Positions 61,701-64,000 of a stretch of DNA of 64,000 nucleotides are shown here, one piece after another; the stretch's first letter is position 1; the number at the start of each line of letters is the position of its first letter. The notes below the pieces were generated by a model. The model made no database searches. It was not told the origin of the DNA and saw only the letters and a list, made by a program, of their open reading frames with translations. Source of the DNA: Callorhinchus milii (Eukaryota); the NCBI RefSeq assembly GCF_018977255.1, contig NW_024704743.1, positions 88,662,001-88,726,000 on the forward strand. Direction: 5' to 3'. A program made the position numbers and the translations under genes.

Positions 61701-63320
61701 AGGAGAAGTCCGAGCAGATGGAGCAGGAGGGGGTGAAGTGCAGGTTGAAGTCGCCCAGGATGATGAGGCTATCAGAGCAGAGGCAGAGAGATGTTAGTAG
61801 GGTAGAAATATCGGAGATGAAGGTGGGAGGAGGATTTTGAGTGAGGGATAGGAGGGGTGGGATAGAGTGAGGTGCACAAAAGAGGGGAAAGAGCCAGAGG
61901 AGTAGGGGGATAGGGCAAGTGGTGTCCTTGAGATAAAGGCTACACCACCGCCACGGCGGTTTGGTCGAGGGTTGTGGTGGGAGGTGTAGCCGGGTGGTGT
62001 GGCCTCAGTGAGGGGGAAGGTGTTGCTTGGGGTGAGCCAGGTTTCCGTTAAGGCCATGATATCAACGCTCTCATCAAGGATGAGATCGTTGATGACCAGG
62101 GCCTTGTTACAGAGGAAGCGAACGTTTTGTAGTCCGATGTGGAGGGAGCGTTTGACAGAAGGGTGTGTGGGGAGGGATGGGGGTCCAGGTTGTGAGACAG
62201 GGGTGGGGGCAATGGGGATGAGGGAGGAGAGGTTGGCTCTTCGGGTCTGTGTCCGGGGTGGCTGGCGAGTGTGGTGGGGAATGGGACAGTCGGTGGGGCT
62301 GCTGCTGGACAGCCAACGCCGAGTGCCGCGGTGAGCCCGGTGGAGGATTCCCAGGCTGGAACAGAGGGAGGTTGTGGGAGGGTCAAGTGGGGATAGAAGG
62401 CGAGGGGGACGGAGAGAGAGGAGGACAGAGAGGGAGAGATGCAGAGGGGGGAGGATTTGGGGGGAGAGAGGAGGGGGGAGGGAGGGAGGCGGTGAGGGTG
62501 CTCGGAACAACTTTCTTGAGCTGAATGTCAGCAAGACGGAGGCCCTCCTGATTCCACACCCCGTGCACTGGCAGCATCAACCTCCACGGTTGCACACTCA
62601 ACCTCACTACGCTAGTCAGGAACCTGGGTGTCTGGTTTGACCCTGAACTGTCCTTTCTCCCCCATATCCGCGCCATGACTAACACTGCCTACCACCACCT
62701 CCGCAACATTGCCAGACTCCGTCACTGCCTCACCCCTCAGGCTGCCGAAACCCTCACCCACGCATTCGTCACATCAAGGCTTAATTCTGGAAACTTCCTC
62801 CTCATTTGCCTTCCCAACTCTTCCCTTCACAAGCTGCAGATCATCCAAAATTCTGCAGCTTGTGTACTCTCACGCACCAGGCTCTGTGACCCCATCACCC
62901 CCACCCTCACCCGACTCCACTCGCTCCCCATCCCTCAGAGGATCGAATTCAAGATACTCTTCCTCACTTTCAAGGCCATCCATGGCCTTGCCCCCTCCTA
63001 CCTCTCTGACCTGCTGACTCCCTACCAACCTGCCCGCTCCGTCCGTTCAGCGGGCTCCGGCCTGCTCCATGTCTTCCGCTTGACCCGCTCTACCATCGGT
63101 GGCCGGACTTTCAGCCTCTCTGCCCCCACACTCTGGAACTCCATTCCACAGTCCCTTCTCCTCACTTCATCCCTTGCCTCCTTCAAGGCCGGTCTCAAGA
63201 TCCTACTCTTCGATCGTGCCTTCAGTCACCCTCCCACCTCTCCGCCTTCCCTTACCCCTATCCCTCACCCCCCCTTACAAAGGCGCTCTGTAAATGTAAT
63301 TTTATTGCTGTTGTTGTTAA
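58745..63320 (+). mobile_element. L2 (58745-59200 plus 62505-63320) split by a younger antisense L2
   Basis: ...[13 protein letters not shown]...YADDTQLY...LSDIKSWTKNN continues as NNFLELNVSKTEALLI at 62506. Confidence 0.92.
59201..62504 (-). mobile_element. Near-full-length L2-clade LINE (APE endonuclease + RT), inactivated
   Basis: APE motifs GLQNVR, IMALTETWL, RRGGGVA, ILGDFN; RT motifs as in the 43.4-45.3 kb copy; several frameshifts and a stop near 60490; 7-bp duplication GAACAAC (59194-59200, 62505-62511). Confidence 0.96.
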
Positions 63321-63584
63321 TGTTATGAATGGGTGTATGAGGGTTGTGGGAGTCTGCAGTGTGAGACAGGGCAGAGCTGATTGATGTTGCAGAGGTGGGG
63401 GAAGGAAGAGCGGGTCATAGATTTTATAGAATGTTACGGCACAGAAGGAGGCCATTTGGCTCATCGAGTCATAGCACGAATGTGGGGTATAAATGTTAAG
63501 TGAGGGTCAAACATGATGTCAAGGTTCTGGACTGGCTTAGTAAGGTGGAGTGTGCATCCATGGTAGCAGTACTACCATGGTGTA

Positions 63585-63730
63585 GGCATAGCTCAGTTGC
63601 TAGCACTCTTGCCTGTGAGGCAGAAGGTCATGGGTTCAAGCCCCACAATAGGATTTTGAGCTCATAGACCCAATGATTGACCCAATGCTGTATTAGTGGA
63701 GTGTTGCATTGCCTTTCTGATAAGATATGA
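63585..63730 (+). mobile_element. SINE family B head
   Basis: TAGCTCAGTTGCTAGCACTCTTGCCTGTGAGGCAGAAGGTCATGGGTTCAAGCCCCAC. Confidence 0.8.
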
Positions 63731-64000
63731 AGTACTTGGATCAGAAAGTAAAGAAATAGAATATTTAGTCATTTTGTTGACTGACATATTTCAATATTTC
63801 ATATTTCAATTCTTTTAAGGTTTTTGATACATTTTAAGAACTAAAGTATTAAACCAAAATAATAGGTTGAACAGATAATCAAGTTGTTTGTACTGTCACA
63901 ATTTATCACCCAGGATCATTTTACACATCAACACTACTGTTTATGAGTTAGAATTGTATTGGTCCTAGAATTCTCACTGATTACTATAAAATACGGGGTA

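Overview
This is eukaryotic, vertebrate genomic DNA. The repeat content points to a cartilaginous fish, possibly a chimaera (inference from the SINE/LINE types, not a database match). It is AT-rich intronic or intergenic sequence, and I could not recognise any host protein-coding exon. Every ORF in the track with a recognisable protein derives from a non-LTR retrotransposon. The main contents are: (1) L2-clade LINEs of several ages, including a young 1.86-kb copy with an unbroken ~570-codon RT frame and a ~3.3-kb APE+RT copy nested inside an older L2; (2) CR1 fragments; (3) two L2-tailed SINE families, an older SacSINE1/DeuSINE-like one and a younger tRNA-Ala-headed one that appears to carry both CORE-like and Deu-like segments in long and short forms; (4) a ~200-bp TIR (MITE-like) family. 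The most unexpected observations are a fossil R4/Dong-type restriction-like endonuclease domain split by a SINE and abutting a (TAA)n tract (16.95-17.66 kb), and a ~60-bp inverted-repeat pair with a 28-bp perfect core (55.88/56.78 kb). The first 3.6 kb resembles the end of a long 3' UTR. I found no CRISPR, rRNA, true tRNA or prokaryote-type system. Repeat boundaries are by eye and approximate (about +/-20 bp).
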